A DNA stretch of 64,000 bases from an uncultured Rheinheimera sp. GTDB lineage: Bacteria; Pseudomonadota; Gammaproteobacteria; Enterobacterales; Alteromonadaceae. Within the stretch, counting starts at the first letter, position 1, and the number at the start of each line of letters is the position of its first letter. The position numbers and the translations under genes were made by a program. Location: the NCBI GenBank assembly GCA_966252055.1, contig CBINNO010000003.1:396-64395 (forward strand). The letters run 5' to 3'. Below, piece by piece: positions 1 to 8,579 of the stretch. Below the pieces are notes generated by a model. That model saw only the letters and a program-made list of their open reading frames with translations, searched no databases and was not told the DNA's origin.

Positions 1-2913
1 TGCTGCGATATTGCTCAGGCCGCTGATAGCGGTCTGTTCCAGGGCGATAGTCTGGAGCTGTGGAAAACTCTGACTGATATGGGCAAAACTGGCCTGTGTC
101 AGCGGGTTTGCCGACAGATTGAGATAGGTAAGCCCGGAATGACTGAAAGTTAACAGTGTACTGTCGGTGAGGCCCTGACCGCGCAGCATGACATTTTGTA
201 GTTTACTGAGCTGATTAAAGCCGGCCAGATTTTGGACCGCTTGTGCCAAAGTTGCGGTACCAGACACATTCACAGTGGTCAGGTTTGTCATATGGCTGAC
301 GCCTGCCCAGTCCAGAATATTGGCATTGCAGTACAGATAGGTCACGTTGGTAAAAGTGCCGTAGCCACTGTCGGTCAGGCATTTTCGTAAGGACGCATCC
401 GGCACTGTCGTGGCGTTGATTGCCAGCTGCCCGCAGCTGACCGGCAATATGAATCTGCTTTGATTGGCGTGGTTACGCAGGGTGTCAATCTGTGCGCAGT
501 CAATGGCAAGCTGACCTTGCAACTGCAGGCTTTGGAACTGACCGGCTGCTTTAATCAGCTCGCTGATATCTCTGACGACCGGGCTTTTGTTGGTTGTCAT
601 ATACAGGTACTGCAGGGTGTTTGGCACCGTGAAATCGGGGAATTTTACCGGCAGATTATTATCCTGCAGATTCAACCAGAACAGTTGTTGCAGGCTGCCG
701 AGCACGCTGTAGTCCGATAGGGCGCTGTTATTGTATAGCGACAGCATAGTCAGATTCGGCAATGCGCTCAGATGACTGATATCGGTCAGTGGTGTTGTTT
801 CAGCATACAGGTTTGTCAGGGCTGTTGGGTTTTGCAGCGCACTGACGACGGACGACAAACTGGTCAGTTTAGTCATGCTGAGGTTTAAGTAATTCAACTG
901 TGCTGACAGGCTGAGACCACTTAAACTGCCGATGTTGTGACCGCCAATATCCAGTGAGCGCAGATTCGGCAACTGGTTCAGGAAGGTGAAATTGTTCGCT
1001 TGTGTGCTGCGGATGTAGAGGTGCTGCAGCGTGGTGGCGCCGCTAAGCCAGCTGAAATCATTAATAGCATTAGAGCTCAGGGTCAGTTCCTGTAAGGTGC
1101 CAAGCAGTGGTTGCAGCACAGGGATGATGGCATTGGTCAGCTGATTTTGTCGCAGGTTTAATGCGCGCAGGGTGGCCGGATACTGAATATTGGCGGCGGA
1201 GTCCGTCAGCTGCTGCCCGGACAATTCCAGATCAGTCAGACTGCTGAGTTTTTCCAGTGGTTTGAGACTGCCCAGCCTCAGTTGCAATGCCCCTGGCGTG
1301 ATATCCAGCAGCTGCAGATTCTTCAGCTGTTCAATGCCGTCCAGTTGCTGCACATCCTGACAGCTCAGCTGCATGATATCTTCGACATAGGTGTCGGAAA
1401 AATCAGCGATACAGGCCTGTAACCGGCTGTCGGCGACCGTGATTTCTTCTGGCAATGTCTGAGTAACGCCACAACTGGCAGGCCTGCGTACTTGCGCGAC
1501 TTTGGATGCTATCTGGTCCAGCTCGTTGCATGGAATGCCGACCTGGCCTTGCAGGTCCAGTTCCTGCAAAGTGCCGGGCTGATTGATCAGGCCGGCAACA
1601 GATTTGATGCGGGCATAACTGTATGCCCACTGGGTGTATCTGGATAGATCCAGTATTTTTAACGATGCCGGCAGTACTAAGGTGCCCAGGTTGGCGCTGT
1701 TAGCGGTGTTAAACAGCCTCAGGCTGTAGAGCTTATTGAGTTTGCTGACAAAGCCGAGGTTGGTGATATTTGGTGTGCTGCCAATCACCAGGTGCATTAA
1801 GTTCGGCAGGCTCTCAATGGTCGCTTGATGGGCTGCGGTAAAATTTGCCCCATTCAGTGCCAGTGTCACTAACTGCTGGTGGTTGTTCAGTGCTGAGATA
1901 TCAATATCTTTGTGATTAAATTGCTCCAGTGTCAGGCTATTGAGTGCCGGTAACTGACTGATAAAATTGAGGTTGCTCAAATCATACAAATAAGCGTCAG
2001 CAATACCCGGATGGTTGAGCCCAGCGATAGCTGCCGGATTGCTGATATTCAGGAAGATACTGCGCAAGCCGCTGATTTGGTTCATCAATGCAACCATATC
2101 GGGCTTGTCACTGAGTTCATCATCGGAGTGGCGTAATGTCTCCAATTGATCAAGCGACGCCAGAATTTGCCAACCGGCAGTCACTTTTAAGCGGTGCAGG
2201 CTCAGGTGTTTCAACCCTGCAATATTGGATAAAAAGCTCAGGCTGCTGATTTGATATCTTTCTAAGGTCAAATCCCGTAAATGCGGCAGTTCAGTCAGTT
2301 CGCTGAGGCCACTGAGCGGTGAATTTGCGCTGGCGCCGCCGACATAAAACTGGCGCAGTTCAGTCAGCGCTTTCAGGCCGGTTAAATCACTGACCGCCGG
2401 TTGCTGATAATGATAAAAGCAATAAAGGCTGGTGATCTGGTCAACATACAAGAAACCGGCGCTATTGGCAGATTCAGTAAGACATTGTTTTAACTGGGGG
2501 TCGGTGAAATTCAGGCTGCTGAGCAAGACGCGGTCCTGCTGTGATGTGACAGTCAGCGCTTTGATCTTACCGGTCACAGAGGCTCTGGTCACACACTGAT
2601 CCGGCTTACCGCCGCTCAGCCGGCATTCGATTTGTTCGCCGGCAGCTGTCTGGTGGATGACGCGCCGCTCAGTGTGTTGCGTTTTAGTGGGGCTGACCGG
2701 AGGCTGCACCTTGGGGTAAGCATTCTGCAGCTCAATCGGCCTGCTGTCGGGCTTTGCTATTGTCGGTGCAAATGGAGACGGCAGGCCTGCCTTTCCACTG
2801 GCGAACAAAGGCGGTTGCTGCCCGGGCGTCAATGACTGTGGCGACTGCGCTTGCCGGGCCGTCGCGGTCAGAGACAGCAGTAAGAGGGAAACTGCCACAA
2901 CTTGCTTATTCAT
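1..2913 (-). CDS. Secreted multi-block internalin-like leucine-rich-repeat protein (3' end beyond left window edge, at least 971 aa)
   Basis: Missing from the ORF track because it has no stop in the window. Manual translation from ATG 2913 (SD AGGGAGG) gives signal peptide MNKQVVAVSLLLLSLTATA, Cys caps (FTDPQLKQCL, VADSRLQACI, VPDASLRKCL) and LxxLxLxxN repeats; the same frame still reads as LRR at base 1 (QLQTIALEQTAISGLSNIAA). Confidence 0.9.
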   Translation of the reverse strand, partial: MNKQVVAVSLLLLSLTATARQAQSPQSLTPGQQPPLFASGKAGLPSPFAPTIAKPDSRPIELQNAYPKVQPPVSPTKTQHTERRVIHQTAAGEQIECRLSGGKPDQCVTRASVTGKIKALTVTSQQDRVLLSSLNFTDPQLKQCLTESANSAGFLYVDQITSLYCFYHYQQPAVSDLTGLKALTELRQFYVGGASANSPLSGLSELTELPHLRDLTLERYQISSLSFLSNIAGLKHLSLHRLKVTAGWQILASLDQLETLRHSDDELSDKPDMVALMNQISGLRSIFLNISNPAAIAGLNHPGIADAYLYDLSNLNFISQLPALNSLTLEQFNHKDIDISALNNHQQLVTLALNGANFTAAHQATIESLPNLMHLVIGSTPNITNLGFVSKLNKLYSLRLFNTANSANLGTLVLPASLKILDLSRYTQWAYSYARIKSVAGLINQPGTLQELDLQGQVGIPCNELDQIASKVAQVRRPASCGVTQTLPEEITVADSRLQACIADFSDTYVEDIMQLSCQDVQQLDGIEQLKNLQLLDITPGALQLRLGSLKPLEKLSSLTDLELSGQQLTDSAANIQYPATLRALNLRQNQLTNAIIPVLQPLLGTLQELTLSSNAINDFSWLSGATTLQHLYIRSTQANNFTFLNQLPNLRSLDIGGHNIGSLSGLSLSAQLNYLNLSMTKLTSLSSVVSALQNPTALTNLYAETTPLTDISHLSALPNLTMLSLYNNSALSDYSVLGSLQQLFWLNLQDNNLPVKFPDFTVPNTLQYLYMTTNKSPVVRDISELIKAAGQFQSLQLQGQLAIDCAQIDTLRNHANQSRFILPVSCGQLAINATTVPDASLRKCLTDSGYGTFTNVTYLYCNANILDWAGVSHMTNLTTVNVSGTATLAQAVQNLAGFNQLSKLQNVMLRGQGLTDSTLLTFSHSGLTYLNLSANPLTQASFAHISQSFPQLQTIALEQTAISGLSNIAA

Positions 2914-3042
2914 GAAACCTCCCTGTCGCACGGGTTGAGACAGGCAGCGATGCCGTCAACAATGCGGTATCTTGCTGAAATGACCAAAGCTCCGGATAAA
3001 CGGAAGCTTCTGTTCCCTGTCGATGCATTCATGCGATGCGAC

Positions 3043-3108
3043 AATATAGAATGATTGCCGTGGTGTGCCTGCGACATTTTCCGGCGTTCGTGCGTCAATT
3101 TTGTGCAA
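3043..3108 (-). promoter_or_regulatory. Direct-repeat operator plus -10 box, copy A (upstream of LRR gene)
   Basis: Minus strand TTGCACAAAAT-TGACGC-N15-TGTCGCAGGC, then TATATT 22 nt after the second TGTCGC. Aligns with copies at 7520 and 10619. Confidence 0.7.
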
Positions 3109-3241
3109 CCGCAGTTTTTTTTGACGTGAGTTGCGATCGCATGCTGTATTTGTTCCTGAATTAGCAAGCGTCTGTATCCGTAGTCCCTGTTTGAATCATT
3201 GTCGGGTCAGGGCGGCGGTCAGCCTCGATGAGCGACACCCG

Positions 3242-6200
3242 TTATGCTCTGACGAGCTGCTGTTGTTTGCGATACTCAGCAGCGGTCGTTTGCAGCTGGC
3301 TGCTGAACTGACGCTGCATCGTTTTCACTGTGCCAAAACCACATTGTTCGCTGATCGACTCAATACTGGCGTGGGGCTGACTGGCCAGCAACTGGCAAGC
3401 TTGCTGCAGGCGGTAAGCGTTCAGCGCGTCAAGCACTGTCATCCCGATGGCGCTTTTGCACAAACGATTGAGTTGGGAGGTACTTTTATGAAAGTGGCTG
3501 GCCAGACTCTCTGCTTTGATGGTCGCATCCGGGTAGACGACCGCAAAGACGGCATCCAGTTTCAAGCGGAATGACTGATATTCATCGGCTGGCTGTCCGG
3601 CCGGCGTCAGCAGATTTTGGCGTACCCGGCTGGTCAGTTGCTGATATTGTCGCATGACGGCTGAGACGGCACTGAGTAACACTTTACCGCTGACCGCCTT
3701 GGTCAGGCAGAGGCTGGCCTGGATTTGATATCCCTGCAGCTGAATTTCTTCGCTTTGCAATGCTGTCAGCACAATGACAGGAATATGACTGGTTTGCATC
3801 TGAGATTTCAGTAGCTGGATTAACTTAAAACCGCTGTCCTGCTGTTCCATCATGACATCGGTCACTATAAGGTCTGGCAGGTGTGTGCTGGCAAGAGCAA
3901 AAGCACTGGCGACGTTTGCGGCGGTAAAACACTGATAGTGGGGTTGCAGCAGCGCCGCCAAATCTTCCCGCAATTGATCATTGTCTTCAACCAGCAGGAT
4001 GCTGCCGGCGGTCCCAGCCGAAGTCGCGGAAGCTTCCGGCAATGTCGGCCGGACAACTGGTACACAAGGCAACAGAGTGTCGAGGGGGCCTGCAGCGTTT
4101 GGAGTCGTCAGCTGCTGCTCGTCACCAAGTGGCAGACAAACGACAAACTGGCAACCCCGGCCAGGTTCACTGTGCAGGGTGACAGTACCGCCAGCGTCTT
4201 CGACGCAGGTTTTCACCAGAAACAGCCCTTCACCACTGCCGGGGATATTTTCCTGTCCGCTGATTCTGTAGTGACGCAGAAACACCAAAGGCTGTTCATG
4301 CGGCGCAATGCCCGGGCCGTAATCACGTACGGAAAAATAAAGTTTGTTTGCGCGGGCGGTCAGTTCAATCTCAATAGTGTTTCCATCGTGGCTGTACTTG
4401 ATGGCATTGCTCAACAGGTTTGCGGTGACAAGTTCCAGTACGCCGGGTTGACCATAAAACGCGACACTGGCCAGTTGTAACCGGATCTCCAGCTGCTTTT
4501 CGCGGGCGTAGGGCAGGTAGCGCTGCACTTCCTGTTCGACAATCGGCTGGGCGGCAAGGTGTTGTCCTTCGCTGCTATGTGCCAGCCGTAATGCTTCGGC
4601 TTCAAGATGACGCTGCAGCAGCTGATGCAGGTCCTGGCAAGCCAGACTGGCACGCTCCAGGCAGCGCTGCATAGCGGGTTGCTGTGAACTTGTATCCGGC
4701 TGCACTGTTGCCGCGCTGAGCTGTCCGGCCTGTTCGAGCTGCAAGCGTAATCGCATCAGCGGTGTTCTCATTTCGTGGGCAGTGAACTGAAACTGAAGTT
4801 TCAGATTACGTGCCAGTACCGACTCACGGGCGATACCCTGTTCAATCCGCAGTTGTTGTTGTCGCTCTGTGCGGTCGCGCAGCGCTTTGTAAGCCCACAG
4901 CAACAGAACTGCGGTCAGGATATAAATCGCATAAGCAGGCCCGCTGAGCAGCGGGTGTGGCCGGATTTCAAAACTGAATAAAGCCTGGGGTTCGCTCCAG
5001 TGACCGTCGGGGTTGGCTGCTTTGAGCCAGAACTGATACTGGCCGGCAGACAATGCCGGAAAGCGGGCGCTGCGTTCTGAAACATATTGCCAGTCTTGTT
5101 GGGTACCCGCCAGACGGTAGGCGTAGCGCATTCGCTCCGGTGCCGCATAGTGCAGGCCGGTAAACCGCAATGTCAGCGCGTTCTGCTGATAACTGAGGCT
5201 GGCGAACGAGTCCGTTGGCAATGCTTGCTGATCGTTGACCTCGATGCTGCGCAGTTGTAACGCTGGGACCGCTGTGTTGTCCTGCACATCCTGGGGCCTG
5301 AAGCCATTCACGCCATTAACTCCGCCAAAATAGAACCGGCCTGAGGGGCCAAGGTGAGACACGCTGTAGTTAAATTCGGTTGATTGCAGTCCGTCTGCCA
5401 GCTGGTAGTGACGGATTTGTCCGTTCGCGGGGGTGAAACTGAAGATGCCATGACTGGATGCACACCACAAACGACCATTGTTGTCGCCCATCACACTGTA
5501 AATGACTTCGGTTGGTAACCCCTGCCGAACGCCGTAACGCTGCCATTCCGGCGAACTGCCTTGCCGCCAGGTCAGCCGGTTCAGTCCGCTTTCACGGGTG
5601 GCTACCCAATAAGTCTCTGCCGATGTTTGCCAGACACCATGCACCCAGTCGTGTCCCAGCGAGTTTCGGTTTTGTGGTTGATGCCGGAATTGGGTCAGTT
5701 GCCCGCTGTCAGGTGCCAGCCGTAACAGTCCCTGCTCACTGGACAGCCACAAGGCCCGGTCCCACGCCTGATAGATTTGCCAGATGCTGTTGCCGGCGAA
5801 AGCCGGATATTGTTCGGCGGAATACCAGTGCCTGATGCTTTGCAGATCTGGGTCGGCGCAGCCAATGCCCTGATTTGTGGCGAGCCACAGACACTCATCA
5901 GTGGCCAGCAGACTCAGCACTTCAGGCTGGCCCTTTGCCGTGGATGGCAGCAGGCCTTGCAACGGCAATGGCCTGAATTGACGTTCGGGTTCATCGAGCC
6001 ACAGTAGCCCTAAGCTGGTAGCGAGCACCAACAGGCCCTGACGACTGCGGGTGATTTGATGGATAGCCATACCCTGATTCTTTTGCAGTGGTAATGCATA
6101 CATCTCAGTGGTTGCTGTCGGGGCGCCGTCCGGCCCGAGCCGTTGCTTTTTCAGCACGGCGTCGTGACCTGTCCACAACCACTGTTGGCCCTGGCGCTGC

Positions 6201-7354
6201 TCTTCGAAAATACTGCGCACCCCACGGCCACCGATCGATTGGTCGCTGGCGAAACGCGGTGGGTTATAGTGCCAGAACTTGCGTGCGGTGGGCACCCAGC
6301 GCAGCAGGCCCGACTGTGAAGCTGAGAGCAGGACTGTGCCATCCCGGGTCTGATATAAGGTATCTAACCGACCGGTCAGTTCCCGCATATCCACGCTCAT
6401 CGGGCTGAAAGTATCCTGCTTTGCGTTGTAGCGAAACACCTGAGTGCCAGTGCTGACCAGCAGTTCATTGGCGGTATCGAGCATGCTGGCGACGCTAAAA
6501 AAACGGTCGTTTTGCACGTCAAGCGCAAAGGATTTCAGGTCGTTGAGCCGGATCAGCCCATCGCCAAACAGCCAGTGTCGCCCTTGTTTGTCCTGATAAA
6601 AAATCCTGCCACCGCGCAGCGCCTCCACGGCAGTGGCCTGCCGGGTGCCATGCTGTCGCATGACAGGCGAACCCTGCAACATGGACGTGCTGAAGTAGAG
6701 GGTGCCATCGGCCAGCTGGGTCCAGTCAATCACCGGGTAGCCGGTCAATACCGCGGTAAATTGTTGCATCTGTGCCGACCAGCGGTACAAGCCATTATCT
6801 GTGGCGACATACAGCTGATCTTGTACCACCTTCAGGCGGTTGATCATTGAAAATGGCTGGTTGGCGGCGACCATGATCGGCTCAAATTGGTCGGTTTGGC
6901 TGTTGTAGCGCCAGACGCCATGAGCGGCAGCGGCCCAGATGGTCTCGCCAAATTCGAGCATTGGATAAAAATGCCGCAGCGACTTTTCGGTCGCGGTGTC
7001 GTCCCGCAGATAATTGGCAAAACGACCACCGCCCAGATGACGGCTGATGCCATTCCAGGTGCTGATCCACAGCACGCCCTGGCGGGTTTCCAGCAGCGCA
7101 TTGACATAGTTGTGCGTCAGGGAGTCGGCTCTGTCCAGCTCGCGCATAAAGGTTTCGCTCTGATAGCCGTCGAATCTGACCAGGCCGGTGCCGGTGCCCA
7201 GCCAGAGGTAACCTGATTTATCCTGCAAAACCGTCGCAACAGAGCCTTGCTGCAGGCTCAGTGGAAACTTGTTGAAGTCATGAGTTTGTGCTGTCGCCTG
7301 TTGACACAGCCAAAGGCAAAGAACACGGATGATAAAAAGCCAGGTACTGCGCAA
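3242..7354 (-). CDS. Hybrid two-component sensor-regulator (beta-propeller + Y_Y_Y sensor, TM, HisKA/HATPase, receiver, AraC HTH), 1370 aa
   Basis: Signal peptide; Reg_prop repeats (LWLGTGTGLVRFDG, LWISTWNGISR); Y_Y_Y (YAYRLAG...YQFWLKAAN); TM AYAIYILTAVLLLWAY; H-box AHEMRTPL; N/G boxes NLLSNAIKY, DYGPGI, GSGEGL; receiver ILLVEDN...DLIVTDVMM; AraC ISEQCGF...F...EYRK. TTG start. Confidence 0.95.
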   Translation of the reverse strand: MRSTWLFIIRVLCLWLCQQATAQTHDFNKFPLSLQQGSVATVLQDKSGYLWLGTGTGLVRFDGYQSETFMRELDRADSLTHNYVNALLETRQGVLWISTWNGISRHLGGGRFANYLRDDTATEKSLRHFYPMLEFGETIWAAAAHGVWRYNSQTDQFEPIMVAANQPFSMINRLKVVQDQLYVATDNGLYRWSAQMQQFTAVLTGYPVIDWTQLADGTLYFSTSMLQGSPVMRQHGTRQATAVEALRGGRIFYQDKQGRHWLFGDGLIRLNDLKSFALDVQNDRFFSVASMLDTANELLVSTGTQVFRYNAKQDTFSPMSVDMRELTGRLDTLYQTRDGTVLLSASQSGLLRWVPTARKFWHYNPPRFASDQSIGGRGVRSIFEEQRQGQQWLWTGHDAVLKKQRLGPDGAPTATTEMYALPLQKNQGMAIHQITRSRQGLLVLATSLGLLWLDEPERQFRPLPLQGLLPSTAKGQPEVLSLLATDECLWLATNQGIGCADPDLQSIRHWYSAEQYPAFAGNSIWQIYQAWDRALWLSSEQGLLRLAPDSGQLTQFRHQPQNRNSLGHDWVHGVWQTSAETYWVATRESGLNRLTWRQGSSPEWQRYGVRQGLPTEVIYSVMGDNNGRLWCASSHGIFSFTPANGQIRHYQLADGLQSTEFNYSVSHLGPSGRFYFGGVNGVNGFRPQDVQDNTAVPALQLRSIEVNDQQALPTDSFASLSYQQNALTLRFTGLHYAAPERMRYAYRLAGTQQDWQYVSERSARFPALSAGQYQFWLKAANPDGHWSEPQALFSFEIRPHPLLSGPAYAIYILTAVLLLWAYKALRDRTERQQQLRIEQGIARESVLARNLKLQFQFTAHEMRTPLMRLRLQLEQAGQLSAATVQPDTSSQQPAMQRCLERASLACQDLHQLLQRHLEAEALRLAHSSEGQHLAAQPIVEQEVQRYLPYAREKQLEIRLQLASVAFYGQPGVLELVTANLLSNAIKYSHDGNTIEIELTARANKLYFSVRDYGPGIAPHEQPLVFLRHYRISGQENIPGSGEGLFLVKTCVEDAGGTVTLHSEPGRGCQFVVCLPLGDEQQLTTPNAAGPLDTLLPCVPVVRPTLPEASATSAGTAGSILLVEDNDQLREDLAALLQPHYQCFTAANVASAFALASTHLPDLIVTDVMMEQQDSGFKLIQLLKSQMQTSHIPVIVLTALQSEEIQLQGYQIQASLCLTKAVSGKVLLSAVSAVMRQYQQLTSRVRQNLLTPAGQPADEYQSFRLKLDAVFAVVYPDATIKAESLASHFHKSTSQLNRLCKSAIGMTVLDALNAYRLQQACQLLASQPHASIESISEQCGFGTVKTMQRQFSSQLQTTAAEYRKQQQLVRA

Positions 7355-7519
7355 AGTGGTTCACGTCCGTTGTAGAACTCATCATTTTAAATGTGCCAGA
7401 ACTGTCATAGCGCTGGCAAGGGGTTCAGGAGCCGCTGCCAGCACAGTGGTGGTCAGGTCAGCGGATTCAGGGACAGGCGTCCCGAATACGATTCCAGCTT
7501 TGCAATCGGGGTCTGTGTC

Positions 7520-7584
7520 TTGCGCAATTCTGTCCCTTGGATGCCGCTTTTTGTCGCAGCCATCAGTTTGTTCAGTGGTACATT
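7520..7584 (+). promoter_or_regulatory. Direct-repeat operator plus extended -10 box, copy B (upstream of 7739-10466 operon)
   Basis: TTGCGCAATTC-TGTCCC(7531)-N15-TGTCGCAGCC(7552), then TGG-TACATT (7579-7584) 21 nt after the second hexamer. Confidence 0.7.
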
Positions 7585-7738
7585 AAAGCCACGGCGAAAA
7601 GTCAAATCTGCCGGTCATGTCCGCATAAAAATGCAGCCGGAATGAGATGAGTAGTGAGATGTGCATTGTGCGCCAGGCCGGTCCTGTCGCATTGCTTTAT
7701 TGTCATGTTGCCGGCGCCAGCAAGAAAGGGAGACTCGT

Positions 7739-8452
7739 GTGCGAATCAGCGCAATCAACAGCTTTTGCGTTTTACTGGTTGCTGTACTGTTCAGTCAGGA
7801 CTTACTGGCTGAATCTGTTCAGGTAAAAAGCCGTGTCGACGGCCCCGGCATGCTGGAGCCCGCGCTGGCGGTGGTTGAACCGGGCGAGGCACTGCATTTG
7901 TTGATCAAGCCGGAGCCCGGTTACCGGCTGCGGCAAATATCCGGTTGCAACGGTCAGTATCAGGCCGGCATTTTTATTGTTGAGAACCCCAAATACAGCT
8001 GTGTGGTGGAGGCCAGTTTTGTGCCGGACGATGCCAGACTGGTTTCGCCAGCCCCGACACAAACCACGGGCAGCTCTGTCATCCAACAAACGCAAAATCC
8101 GGGGGCGCTGGCAACCGCCAAGACCGCCAAAAAAGCCGGCCGGATGCTGAAGTTTATTCTGGTGGCAAACCAGGTCATGCAACAGGTCAGCGTGACCAGC
8201 CGGGTGATTGCGGGCCTCGGTACCGTGCTGCCTGCGGTGCAACAGCTGCAAAAAAATCAACCGGCCACAGTCGTCGCAACGCCGGCCGCTGGTTATGCCA
8301 TTCAAAGCATATCGGGCTGCGGTCAACAAAGCGCCATCAGCCCGCTGCTGATCCCGTCTGTCAGCGCCAATTGCGTGGTCGACGTGATTTTTGTCCAGCT
8401 GAAAAATGCCCTGTGGGACCAATTTAACTGGGATCAGGCGACCTGGGGTTAG
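7739..8452 (+). CDS. Secreted protein with two divergent InlB B-repeat-like beta domains and C-terminal LWDQFNWDQATWG motif (237 aa)
   Basis: GTG 7739 after AAGGGAG; signal peptide MRISAINSFCVLLVAVLFSQDLLA; two repeats of PxPGYxxxxISGC...CVVEASF/CVVDVIF; paralogue at 26819. Confidence 0.85.
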   Translation: MRISAINSFCVLLVAVLFSQDLLAESVQVKSRVDGPGMLEPALAVVEPGEALHLLIKPEPGYRLRQISGCNGQYQAGIFIVENPKYSCVVEASFVPDDARLVSPAPTQTTGSSVIQQTQNPGALATAKTAKKAGRMLKFILVANQVMQQVSVTSRVIAGLGTVLPAVQQLQKNQPATVVATPAAGYAIQSISGCGQQSAISPLLIPSVSANCVVDVIFVQLKNALWDQFNWDQATWG

Positions 8453-8506
8453 TCCCCGGTCTGCTCAGTCAGGCAACTGCATGTTCAAACAAAAGCTGCG
8501 TCCAGC

Positions 8507-8530
8507 GGTGTGCCGGCCTGCCGGCACACC
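8507..8530. other. Perfect intergenic inverted repeat (stem-loop)
   Basis: GGTGTGCCGG-CCTG-CCGGCACACC, 10-bp stem and no U-tract. More likely an mRNA-stabilising or processing hairpin inside the operon than a terminator. Confidence 0.55.
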
Positions 8531-8579
8531 ACAATGACTGGCAGCACAGCAAAGCGCAGAAAAAAGGAAGATATCAACG

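Noticed and set aside
7685-7711. TGTCGC-N15-TGTTGC pair near the 7739 RBS
   Set aside because: Spacing is right, but the TTGCAC-type leader and downstream -10 are missing; may be chance or a weak secondary site.
7802-8422. 206-aa minus-strand ORF
   Set aside because: Shadow of the 7739 gene, which has an RBS, a signal peptide and a paralogue.
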